In this document: in pieces, positions 36,729 to 49,479 of the stretch
How the letters are laid out: every line of letters starts with the position of its first letter
How positions within the stretch are numbered: the stretch's first letter is position 1
Source: Octopus sinensis
Taxonomy: Eukaryota
Length of the DNA: 64,000 bases
NCBI RefSeq assembly: GCF_006345805.1
Contig: NC_043008.1
Location: 36,704,001-36,768,000, forward strand
Reading direction: 5' to 3'
Made by a program: the position numbers and the translations under genes
Notes under the pieces: generated by a model
The model's input: only the letters and a program-made list of their open reading frames with translations
Database searches by the model: none
Told to the model about the DNA's origin: nothing

Positions 36729-38614
36729 CTGTATATGGACATAACAAATTAGAAGGTGTAAAGTAAAAAGAAAACAGAAAAACGGAAAATAACCAAAAAG
36801 AATCTAAAAATTATAACATACAGGACACTTGATAGTGAAAATGAAAATCACATTGAAAGCATTGCTATATAAAATATTATTTGATATTATAAATTAACTA
36901 GTAAAATTTAAGTATGAATGACAAAATATAATATCATAAGCATGTATCTGAGAGAGGAAAAAGCTCATTTAAATGGGACTGAAAGCACATAAGTATCACT
37001 TGCTGGAAATCTATGTTGTCAATTAGACTGCAAAGTGAATGCCATTTGTGTGTCTTAAATTAACCCATGAAGTGCTGGGATTTGCACTTACATAGCATGG
37101 AGTGCTGAGCACATTTTATGAAAATGAGATTACCAAGCAGACATAAAAAAAAAGAAAATTAGTTAAAATATCTTCTTAGTATATAATGATGACAAGTTTT
37201 ACATTATCTGAAAAGTCGTTAGTTGAACTATTAGTGACATTAGACTCCAAGAAATGCCCATAAATTAAATGCATCTATCTGGGCCATGATCATGGCCTGT
37301 CGACCTGTGCCTGACAGCCATGATCATGGCCCGTTGTGCTTTATGTGTTAAATTCTATGAATGCTTTATTATCTTTTGTTTCAACTCTACTATTATATCA
37401 CAAGTTTGTCTCTTGTTTCTCAGAGAATTGGCCAGCTACTTAGCATTTACTGGATAAGTTACTTTAGGAATGTCAGACATAGCAAGCTGTCTTTCCTGTA
37501 TAAGTTTGAGATTTGTGGTGGTAAATGAACTGTGAATATAAAGAAATTATAAATTAATAGCTACATTTTAAAGGTAAATGATCTTAGAGACAATAAGCAA
37601 CAGATTGAACCAGGAAAAAGGAGAAAGAAAATAAAGAGAAGATACAAACTTATGGCAATGCTTGAACAACATACACATTGCATATTATTTACATAAAATT
37701 CTTAGCAATTAAAATATATATAATGTACATGTGTGTGTGAATGACCATCATTAATGCCAGACACACAGTAGATTTCTTTCAGAATAGTGCTCAATGCATA
37801 ATAATTAATTATATTTTTTATTCAGAGCACATTACAGCTGTTTCAACCTCATAATATTATCAAATGTAGTTGTTTTGTTGTAGCTTTATGTATTAAGAAT
37901 GGTCTGGAGATCTCTTCAAAATCATATTAAGTTCCAGTTGAGATACCAACCAACAGTATCCACAAACATACACACACAACACACATTTATATATGTGTAT
38001 TGCATATATATATATATATATATGTATAAATTTAAATTTAAATCTCACTAACATTATTAGTGATAATGTTAATAATAGAGTGGCTAGCAACTTTAGACAT
38101 TTCTAGGTAAACTATAAATAAAATACAGAAGGGTATTGAAATATATGTATAAGCATAAATATGTTAATACATGCATGCATCCATCCATCCATCAATCCAT
38201 CTACGTATACAGACATACATACATACATACATACTACATACATACATTCTTACATATATACATACATACATACATACATACATATTGCCAGATAAGACTG
38301 GAGCCTGGTGCAGCCTTCTGGCTTCCCAGATCCCCAGTCGAACCGTCCAACCCATGCTAGCATGGAGAACGGACGTTAACGATGATGATGATGATGATGA
38401 TGATATCTATATATAGTATATATATATATATATATAAGAAGTCAAGGTAGAATAGCTAAAATAATTTTATAAAAACATTTCAGTACCATTTCAATCATTG
38501 AGACTTTTCAACTATAGAAGAAAGAGGAGGATGCGGGAGTGCCATGATGATAGTATAGGATGTTAAATGTTATATATTTATATATACGATAGAAGAAATG
38601 TGGTACTCAGAATA

Positions 38615-38652
<38 letters not shown>

Positions 38653-38694
38653 ATAAAACGGTAAGATAACAAAAGAAAGAACGAGACCTCATAC

Positions 38695-38758
<64 letters not shown>

Positions 38759-38796
38759 TGTATGTAGATATGTTATATATATATATGTATGTATGT

Positions 38797-38844
<48 letters not shown>

Positions 38845-39889
38845 TAAATATATATATATATATGCATATTTACATATTTATGCTTAAAAGCACCATCCGT
38901 TCGTGTCCGTTGCCAGCCTCGCCTGGCACCTGTGGTTGGCGTTAGGAAGGGCATCCAGCCGTAGAAACACTGCCAGATCAGACTGGGCCTGATGCAGCCT
39001 TCTGGCTTCACAGACCCCAGTTGAACCGTCCAACCCATGCTAGCATGGAAAGCGGACGCTAAATGATGATGATGATGATGATGATAGATATATATTTACA
39101 TGTGTGTATCTATATTTACATCTATTTAAATCTCCTTCTTTCTCTCCCTCTCTCTATCTCTCTACATATATGTATATGTATGTGTGTGTATGTATATCTA
39201 TGTGTGTGTGTGTGGTGTGTGTGTGTTCTCGATGAAAAGTAGGTTGAACCAGATCATACTTATCTCCTATTGAAAATTATTTTCTCTTTAGGTAGGTTGT
39301 TTAAAGCCTGTATAATATTTTGTTATAATATTTTTGTCAAAAGGGGGAACTTTCCCTGAAATATATACTCTTTTAACAACCTTTTTACAGTCTTTCATTT
39401 TCTAATAAAATCTTGTTTCTCTCTGTTTTCATTTACGAATATCATTTTGCATATTTTGCCTAATTCTTCACCTTCATCGCACAAGGTTTTATATCAACAT
39501 TTATACCAAATTTGTTTTCCATTTTCATTTCCATGGTTGCTTTATGTGATGTGGTTTTGTTATGAACCCTAATGTTGGTGAGTGCTATCCTTGGCCCTCT
39601 GAAAGTCACCAGAAGAGAAGCTGTTTATGTAGTTCCTTATTGCTATGAACATTTGGATAATTAATGGGATCCTGAAAGCATAGACAAAGATTGGTTGTTT
39701 TATTTTATACAGTATTCATAGCAAACTGGGATTTGATTCATTCCTGTATCCAAGCATTTGACAAATACGAGATTTGTTGCTACTGTTATCTCCAGGTTGA
39801 GTTTTTACGAAGGGGGGTGCAGTTTGTTTCCTTCAGCAAATTGAGATCATTAGGCCACTGTCCCTGTAAAAGCTTATGGTAATTATCTT

Positions 39890-40530
39890 TTGTCGTTTAC
39901 TTGTTTCTCTCATTTGACTGTGGCCATGCTGAGGCATAGCCTTGAAGTATTTAACCCTTTCGTTACTGTATTTATTTTGTGATGTTCTGTGTTTCTTTCA
40001 ATTATTTTAAAGAATTTGAAGAATTTAGTAAAGTAACTTAGTTATCATTAAGTTAATGTTAAGAATATAAGTTGGGACTAAGGTTTGGTGGAAGATTTTA
40101 ATTCAAAACTTATGAAAACAAGACATTTGTACTACAGAGCCAGAGCCGGTTTTAGCCGGGTTGGTAACGAAAGGGTTAATCAAACAAATCAACACCAGTG
40201 CCTATTTTAAAATCTGGCATTTATTCTATCAGTCTCTTTTGTGAAACCACTAAGTTACGAGGACAGCAACAAAGCAACACTGGTTAACAAGCATTGGTGG
40301 GGGACAAACACAAAGACACACACACACACATAAACATACACACACACCACACACACACACACATGCACACACACACACACATGCACACACACACATACAC
40401 ACACACACCATTGGTTGGCAGTGTGCTTGAGGCTATAGTAGAAAGCACTTGCCTGAGGTGCCATGCAGTGGGACTGAACCTGCAACCACATGATTTTAAA
40501 GTGAACTTCTTAACCACACAATCACGCCTG
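39890..40530 (-). mobile_element. CORE-like SINE interrupted by a family-B MITE
   Basis: Flanks 39890-39954 and 40176-40530 rejoin into a diverged reverse-complement copy of 56922-57325. Confidence 0.75.
39955..40175. mobile_element. piggyBac-like MITE (family B), best preserved copy
   Basis: Perfect 12-bp TIR CCCTTTCGTTAC / GTAACGAAAGGG with TTAA at 39951-39954 and 40176-40179. Confidence 0.9.
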
Positions 40531-40721
40531 TGTCACTACATAAGAAGAACAGACTCTTTCAGAGTATTGTATGCATTTTAGTTGGCTATGTTGTGCGTGC
40601 TGAGTACAGTTGTTGCTGGTTTTGCTTGTGTATATCAACACTGTTTTATACATTGTTTTGGGATTTTTCATAAATTTCTGTTATGCTATTATATAGCAAG
40701 GTATTATGGCTTCTTACTCAC

Positions 40722-40882
40722 CTCATATAAACTAGTTTTGTTCTGTCCACAAAGACGAACACGTGGTTGGAAAGAATTTATTGTTTTTTATGTTCCTCCT
40801 GCAGCTTCTGTTGGTATTTGAAGGTTGTGTTTCAGAAATTTCATGGTTTTCATTATGTTTAGAACATCATATTCAAATATAT
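40722..40882 (-). other. Candidate 161-nt exon (non-coding or stop-containing)
   Basis: Acceptor CTGTTTTATTTATGTTCTCTTGCAG| and donor GAG|GTGAGTAAG, both near consensus. All three frames contain a stop. Confidence 0.3.
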
Positions 40883-41234
40883 CTGCAAGAGAACATAAAT
40901 AAAACAGTGTGCTCTTACAATCGTCCATTCATATTTTACTCTATAAATAAACACACACACACACACACACATACTCTGTCATAAATGACACACAAGCTTG
41001 TGTCAATATAATGCATGCAGCAAAAAGAAAGTAGTGTATGTGTGTGTGGTTGAATGGGGCTGTCTTTGTGCATTTTTCAATAAAAGCCTCTTTGACTAGC
41101 AGTTCTAGGTCTTCTGTATCCTAGATTCCTTTTGACATTTGGTCTGTCATTCTTGGAAGCAGGACTCAATTCTTCCACAGCTTTACATTACAGCTACTCA
41201 TTGTGAATCCATTTGATTTTTCCCAAATCTTTTT

Positions 41235-41705
41235 TCTAAGTTGTTTAATCCCTGGTGAGCCTTGATTAAGTAAACCTATTTCAGTGGTGTTCCATCAATG
41301 ACCATCTCATCTTATTTCCATCAACAGTACTGAGTTGTTTGTCTTTGTTAATGTTTAGCCCCTGGTCAACAGTGTTTGAAAAGTCCTTTGATCAGTAATG
41401 ATCCAGCCATGACCATCTCTTGTTTTGAAGAATACTGTTGAGTTTTTGTTGTTGTTTATCTCCAGATCACAATGTTCCTGCCATGGCCACCTCGTCTTAT
41501 TCTTGTGAGCAATATTCAGTCAATGTTGTTTAACCCCAGGTCAGCTCTGATTGAGCCAACCTATGGTCAACAATGTTCCATACATGACCACTGCATCTTA
41601 TTTTCTGGTGTATTGTTGAGTTGTTGCTGTTGTTATTATTGATTAACCCCAAACCAATTATGACTGAACGAACGTGAGATTAAATGCATTACAGTTATGA
41701 CCATT
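41235..41705 (+). repeat. Five diverged tandem copies of a roughly 50-90-bp repeat
   Basis: Units of the type GTTGTTTA(A/G)CCCCAGGTCAGC...TTCCA...ATGACCATC...TCTT start at about 41241, 41350, 41452, 41525 and 41640. Confidence 0.6.
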
Positions 41706-43083
41706 GAGCCACTGATTGTTTATAGCCAGCAGGTTGAGGAGTTCCCTTGTTGGCTTATCTGGATCTTAGGGGATCAGACTGCTAGAAACTAGCAGCACTT
41801 GGTCCTTACCATCATGCATATAAACCTTTATAAAAGCTAAAATGAAGGGCTCTTTGTACCAGTGACCTTTGACTAGGGATTTACTCTTTTATACTTTTAT
41901 TGGCTCCTATCATTAGACTGTGGCCATGCTGGGGCACTGTTCTAAGGGTTTTGAACAAAGGCACTCTTTTTTGTAAGTGGTGTCAATGCAATGAATGAAA
42001 AGACAAACACAGGATCAAACACACATACATGCACTTACACAAAGCACATAATACACACACTTAACACACATACACACATGCACACACATGCATCTGTCTG
42101 GCTGTATATATATATCTCTTGTTCTCTCTCTCTGTCTTTCTCTCTCTTTGTCTCGCTCTCTTTCTCTATGTGTGTGTGTGTGTGTGTAAGTGCAGTCAAC
42201 TGGTTTTAAGTTTAGTTGCACTGGATGGCACTTTTGGTAAGTGTCTTCTACAATAATCTGGCGGAGATCAAAGACTTGTGAGTGAATTTGGTAGATGGTA
42301 ACTGAAGGAAGCCCATTGTGTGTGTGTATTTGTGTGATTTTGTGTCTCCTTGTTTTGACATTGTGTGATATTTGTAAATAAGAGTCAGTGTCATACAAGC
42401 AGTTCCATTCCTTTCCAATATTCTGCAAATTCATGGCTAGCCATGGTGAAATATTACCTTGCTTGGAAACAAGTAAGGATTGATGACAGGAAGAGCATGC
42501 AGCCACAGAAAACCTGCCTCAGTAAACTCTGTCCAGCCCATGCAAGCATGGAAGAGTGGACTTTATAATAATGCTGATGATGATTGTATATGATGTGTTT
42601 TCTGCACAGATTCTGTCTCCTGATTTCCTGTACAAGGCATTGGCCAACCTGAGGCTATAGTTGAAGAGACACACCCCATATGCCATGCAGTAGAAGTGAA
42701 TGTGGGATCATTGGATTGCATACCAGACTTCTTAACCGCATGGCCATACTTGCACAGATTAAATGAGATCTTTTGAGAAAAGCTTAATGTTCTGAGTTCA
42801 GATGGTGCCAAGGTTGACTTTGCCGGTCATCCTTTCAAGATCAATGAAATAAGAACCAGTTAAGCACTGGAAGTGATATGATTGGTTATCCCAGTTCCTC
42901 AAGTCTTCAAGCCTTGTGCCTATAGTTGAAAGGATTACTATTCTTCTTCTTAGGTCTGCTGAGGTCGACTTTGCCTTTCATCCTTTTGGGGTCGATAAAT
43001 TAAGTACCAGTTGAACACTGGGGTCGATGTAATCAACTCGTCCCCTCCCTTAAAATTGCTGTCCTTGGGGCAAAATTTGAAAC

Positions 43084-43134
<51 letters not shown>

Positions 43135-43204
43135 CATTATTATTATTATTATTGTTATTATTATTATTATTGTTTCATAAATGTAATTATTATTATTATT
43201 GTTT

Positions 43205-43820
43205 TACTTCTCAGAGCACTCGGTCATATTTACTCTGGTCGATTCTGTGAGAGCACACAGCAGCCTGTTGTCAGAGATCTCACAGGGTCTCTTTCTGCAC
43301 ATTATAAGTTTTCATAATTGGATGTTAAATAATCTGGAAGATATTCAAAACCCAAGTATCAGTCACAAAATCCTAGCTGTCCCCAGCAAAGCAGTTTTTT
43401 GGGTTTGATCTGCTCTCATACCAATTCCGATTTCTCTGACATATTTCTCGAACTTGGTTGTTAGTGCTCTGAGTACCCCCACAACTACTGGAATAACAGA
43501 CACTCTCCTCATAGTCCACATTCTTGCAATTTCATCTTTTAGTAGTCTGTACTTTTCCATCTTTTCTAATTCTTTGTCACCTATGCATGCATCCCCAGGT
43601 TTTGCAATATCTATAATCTTGGTTTCCTTTTTTCATTTATCTACCACAACAATATGTGGTCTCAGAGCATTGGTTAAGGGTCACATTAGATTATAAAATC
43701 CTACAGTATCATATATTCATTGTTTTGGGGGATTCCTTTTGGTTCATGTTTGAACCATTTCTGTGTTCTGTTCAGGCTGTACTTTTCACATTGTCACCAG
43801 TGGACTAACTTATTGTGCCT
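43205..43820 (-). mobile_element. R4/Dong-clade LINE 3' remnant A (restriction-like endonuclease); duplicate at 44671-45286
   Basis: RHNKLVHW...LRPHIVVVDK*KKETKIIDIAKPGD...DKELEKMEKYRLLKDEIARMW...VIPVVVG...LLGTARIL, a decayed PD..D..K..KY REL motif, followed by a UTR and (TAA)n on the minus strand. Confidence 0.85.
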
Positions 43821-44057
43821 CTCCTCCTCCTCCTCCTGCCCCTCCTCCTCCTCCTCCTCCTCCTGCCCCTCCTCCTCCCCTCCTCCTCCTCCTCCTGCCT
43901 CCTCCTCCTCCTCCTCCTCCTCCTCCTCCTCCTCCTTATTATTATCATTATTATTATTATCATTATTATTATTGAGTGAGAGAGCAGTGCATGCCATCAA
44001 AGTGACACTGGGGTAAAATATACGAAGCCCAATATACCCATCATGACTACCCGTCTG

Positions 44058-44548
44058 TATTTTGGTTTGGCCTAGGTCCAGTCTTATTCCTGGGTTTATG
44101 TGGGTTTATGTGGGTAGTGAGTTACTACCTATAACCTTAGGTATCCATAAGTTTTCAGCTGTCTTTCAAGTTCTCAGAACCCTTCTGATAATCCTTGCGG
44201 TCCCTAAGAGATAAAACTTTCTGCAGGAGGCATCAATTATTACAGACATGACCTTTACTGTTTTCATACTTCAAATTCTCCCTATTTAATATGTTAAGGG
44301 GTTGTATTTTCTTTTGTTTTTCATCCTCTTTCTTTATGATCCCAGAATCAAACGGCCATGATAGGTTGATTAGTAAGCAACTTCACTTTTCCTTATCTAT
44401 AATTGCTGTGTCTGGTCTATTATTTTCTAATTTCTTGTCTGTTTGAATAGGAAAGTCTCACAAAATCCTGCATTTCTCTGACCCCTGTACTCTTTCGACT
44501 TGATGATTGTACTATGTGTTTCCGGCTTCAAATTCCCATTTCTGGTAC
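44058..44548 (-). mobile_element. R4/Dong-clade LINE 3' remnant B; duplicate at 45474-45964
   Basis: CRIL*DFPIQTDKKLENNRPDTAIIDKEK*SCLLINLSWPFD...KKEDEK...LLGTARIIRRVL, distinct in sequence from remnant A. Confidence 0.8.
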
Positions 44549-44561
44549 ATTATTATTATTA

Positions 44562-44592
<31 letters not shown>

Positions 44593-45963
44593 TATTATTA
44601 TTATCATTATTATTATTATTATTTTATTATTATTATTGTTTCATAAATGTAATTATTATTATTATTGTTTTACTTCTCAGAGCACTCGGTCATATTTACT
44701 CTGGTCGATTCTGTGAGAGCACACAGCAGCCTGTTGTCAGAGATCTCACAGGGTCTCTTTCTGCACATTATAAGTTTTCATAATTGGATGTTAAATAATC
44801 TGGAAGATATTCAAAACCCAAGTATCAGTCACAAAATCCTAGCTGTCCCCAGCAAAGCAGTTTTTTGGGTTTGATCTGCTCTCATACCAATTCCGATTTC
44901 TCTGACATATTTCTCGAACTTGGTTGTTAGTGCTCTGAGTACCCCCACAACTACTGGAATAACAGACACTCTCCTCATAGTCCACATTCTTGCAATTTCA
45001 TCTTTTAGTAGTCTGTACTTTTCCATCTTTTCTAATTCTTTGTCACCTATGCATGCATCCCCAGGTTTTGCAATATCTATAATCTTGGTTTCCTTTTTTC
45101 ATTTATCTACCACAACAATATGTGGTCTCAGAGCATTGGTTAAGGGTCACATTAGATTATAAAATCCTACAGTATCATATATTCATTGTTTTGGGGGATT
45201 CCTTTTGGTTCATGTTTGAACCATTTCTGTGTTCTGTTCAGGCTGTACTTTTCACATTGTCACCAGTGGACTAACTTATTGTGCCTCCTCCTCCTCCTCC
45301 TGCCCCTCCTCCTCCTCCTCCTCCTGCCCCTCCTCCTCCTCCTCCTCCTCCTTATTATTATCATTATTATTATTATCATTATTATTATTGAGTGAGAGAG
45401 CAGTGCATGCCATCAAAGTGACACTGGGGTAAAATATACGAAGCCCAATATACCCATCATGACTACCCGTCTGTATTTTGGTTTGGCCTAGGTCCAGTCT
45501 TATTCCTGGGTTTATGTGGGTTTATGTGGGTAGTGAGTTACTACCTATAACCTTAGGTATCCATAAGTTTTCAGCTGTCTTTCAAGTTCTCAGAACCCTT
45601 CTGATAATCCTTGCGGTCCCTAAGAGATAAAACTTTCTGCAGGAGGCATCAATTATTACAGACATGACCTTTACTGTTTTCATACTTCAAATTCTCCCTA
45701 TTTAATATGTTAAGGGGTTGTATTTTCTTTTGTTTTTCATCCTCTTTCTTTATGATCCCAGAATCAAACGGCCATGATAGGTTGATTAGTAAGCAACTTC
45801 ACTTTTCCTTATCTATAATTGCTGTGTCTGGTCTATTATTTTCTAATTTCTTGTCTGTTTGAATAGGAAAGTCTCACAAAATCCTGCATTTCTCTGACCC
45901 CTGTACTCTTTCGACTTGATGATTGTACTATGTGTTTCCGGCTTCAAATTCCCATTTCTGGTA

Positions 45964-46000
<37 letters not shown>

Positions 46001-46541
46001 GAGTGAGAGAACAATGCATGCCATCAAAGTGACACTGGGGTAAAATATATGAAGCCCAGTATAGCCATCATGACAACCTGTCTGATAAGGGTACACCAGG
46101 CACATGCATCACAACCATATGTGCATGACATGATGATCATATATGAAGATTAACAGTGCATGACCTTGCAGGTCACTTAGAATTTTTTCCACGTTGAGTA
46201 GCCCGTCCCACTCAGAAGTTCCTGAATAAGAGTTGTTTAAAGTTGTCGAAGAAAACACCCGTTTCCAGAGGTGAATTATCCAAACCCCAAAGAATTCCTC
46301 TCAACACATGTCTATGATGCTCCCCTACTACTTCTGCTCATGATCACAGATGCACATATCATCAGTCACTCAGGAATATGCTCAACTGGTTATGGTCAAA
46401 CAACTGAGAAGCAAATCTGTGGTATGGAGTCAGAATATTTGTTGTGGCCCATCTTTTGTACCAAGACAAAACAATGGCCATGAAAACACTTCCAATCAGA
46501 CTAGATAAGAAGCCTTGTGAATCACTACATGGTGCTGCATC
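46001..46541 (-). mobile_element. TAA-tailed retroposon (family T), full-length copy
   Basis: Reverse complement of 62685-63248. 5' end TGATGCAGCACC, 3' end TCTCTCACTC then (AAT)n. 84-nt 3' fragments occur at 43974-44057 and 45390-45473. Confidence 0.75.
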
Positions 46542-47095
46542 ATAAAGGTTGCGAGGAGGTAGAATATTGGCATGCCCGACAAAATGCCACTATGCATCAT
46601 GTTCTGGGACCAAATGCTCAGTAACTTTTCATCTATCTTTATGCACTGAGTCAAAATGCCAGCAACGTTGACTTTGCATTTTATCCTTTCAGGGTTGATA
46701 AATTGAGCACAGTTGAACTCTTGGGATGGTGTAATTGACTGGACCCTACCCCCATAATTTGAGACTTTATATCTAGAATAGAAAGGATTATTACACTATT
46801 GCATGTGAAAAAATATTCGAGCAAGGTCGTTGCTAGTGCCTCTGGACTGGCTCCTGTGCAGGTGGCACATAACAAAGCACCATTTGAGCATGGCCATTTC
46901 CAGTACTGCCTGACTGGTTCTCGTGCTGGTGGTATGTAAAAGCACCCACTACACTCTTGGAGTAGTTGGCATTAGGGAGGGCATCCAGCTGTAGAAATTC
47001 TGCCAGATCAGACTAGAGCCTGGTGCAGCCATCTGGTTCGCCAGATCTCAGTCAAATCGTCCAACCCATGCTAGCATGGAAAGCAGACGTTAAAC

Positions 47096-47135
<40 letters not shown>

Positions 47136-47275
47136 TACTCATTGTTTTTTGTTATTTATTTTCAAACCCTGAAAAGGGCTTCAAAATATTTCCAGTCATG
47201 ATACTCTTCAACTCACATCTTAAACAATTCTTTCATTGCAATCATTTACTCAGATTTAATTCAGTTAAACATTAC

Positions 47276-47309
<34 letters not shown>

Positions 47310-47821
47310 TTGTAAGTGTGTGTGCGTGCATGTGTGTGTGTGTGTGTGTCTCTGTGTTCAGTATGCACATTCAAACATGCACACACACACATGTATATCA
47401 TCATACCTATACATTCATGCATATATATGTGTGTGCTTCTGTGTGTGTGTGTGTGTAAATCTATATCTGTAACTTTACTCAAAACCTACAATTTGCTGCA
47501 GTGTCTCAGAAAAAGAAAGACAGAAAAAAGACAAAAAAATATAAATTAAAATAACAGTTGCAGTTAAAAAATACAACAATAAAACTCCAGAAAAAAACCT
47601 GCCTACATACTACTACTACTACCACCACCACCACCACCACCACCACTACTACTACTACTACTAATAATAATATATAATATATAGCAACAACATGAATAAT
47701 AATAATAATGATAATAATGATAATAATAATAATGATTTTAAGAAAGAAGGAAAAAATAATAATAATAATAATAATTATAATAATAATAATGATAATATAT
47801 GATATGTAATAACAGCAACAC

Positions 47822-47868
<47 letters not shown>

Positions 47869-48110
47869 GTAATAATAATGATGATGATGATGATGATGAT
47901 AAAAATAATAATATTGTTTTGTCTTTTACTGTTTGACTTATCCTTGAACTTTTCCAATCAATAAGTAATCTGAGCCGATAAAGGAAATATACTCGATAAT
48001 GTATACCCTTGTTCCTCCTGTTGAAAATAACAGCTTCAAATGCTTCGAATGTGAGTCTGTCCGATAGCTTTTCCACCTTCTATTCTTCTTATTATTATTT
48101 CTATTATTAA

Positions 48111-48153
<43 letters not shown>

Positions 48154-48257
48154 TTATTATTATTATTATTTTATTATTAATATTATTATTATTATTATTA
48201 TTTTATTATTATTATTATTTATTATTATTATTATTATTATTAATATTATTATTATTA

Positions 48258-48340
<83 letters not shown>

Positions 48341-49412
48341 GCTACTGTCCCTTATATCTTGGGCCCTCATGGCCAATAAAAAAATATAATTGTTTTTTTA
48401 TTTGTGGTAGTAGTATTTTGTGTTTCTTGGAGCCTAACTAGATCTTGACTAAGGATTGCTAAATATAGTGTTTAGAATCAGCTCTGTGAGAACTTTTATG
48501 GAACGTTCGGTTTCATATAAGGAGAAAACGATGTAGAAGAAGAAATTAGAATAGGAAAATAGACGTGAAAGGAAAAATAGTAGGGAGAAGTAAAAGAAAA
48601 AAAAGAAGGAGGCGAAAGAAAGGAAGAAGAGAAAAAGGATTAGATAATGGAAAAGAAGAAAAGGGAGAAAATAAAGAGAAGAAAAATGGAAAGATAAGTA
48701 GAAGAGGAAAAAAAAAATTTGTTTCTCTTTTTATTATGGAGATAAAGAAGACATTTATGTTTGGGTAAAATGAAAATAATAATAATAATTCTTTCATTTT
48801 ATTTGCCACCAGGGTACATTTGTTCATACAATAAAATGCAAATCATATACAAAGATGTTACAAAAATACTTGGTGTGAGTAAAAGAAAGTTAATATCAAA
48901 AAATTAAGAGCATTGGCAAAGGCTTTGCAAAATATATTTTCAGATATTTTTGTTCTGCATTTATCAGATGAGTTGTTTGATAATCCTGTGACTTCAGGTT
49001 CAGTCCTCTTTCACAGCACTTTGGTAGAAACTGAAAGGATGTCTGTCTTGCTACTGATGATGCTCAAAGAAGCAGAAATGCATATTTCATAATCCCACCA
49101 CTGCTGCTAGGCCCTTTTCATCGGCTACTCATACATTTCTGTGTTTGTGTGACACTACACATCTATATGAGGTATTTTTCTTAAAATAAATACTTGCAGG
49201 CTTTCAGCTGTATATCTACATTAAGTTTGACATACAGAATGCTGTCTGTGTCTTTACATATAGATTCATACATATGTATATATAAACATGTACATACATA
49301 TATACATAGTATATGTATACACACACACATTCCATAAAGGTTCTCAGAGCTGATTCTAAGCACTATATTTAGGAATCCTTACTCAGGATCTAGTGAGGCT
49401 CCATGTATATAC

Positions 49413-49446
<34 letters not shown>

Positions 49447-49479
49447 TATTTATGCACACACACACACACACATATTTGG

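Larger units (their letters stand above)
43172..45964. repeat. Near-identical tandem segmental duplication (43172-44548 and 44638-45964) bounded by (TTA)n
   Basis: Offset is 1466 bp before the internal (CCT)n tract and 1416 bp after it. By eye the unique sequence is identical and only microsatellite lengths differ. ORFs 43363..43560 and 44829..45026 are identical. Confidence 0.95.
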
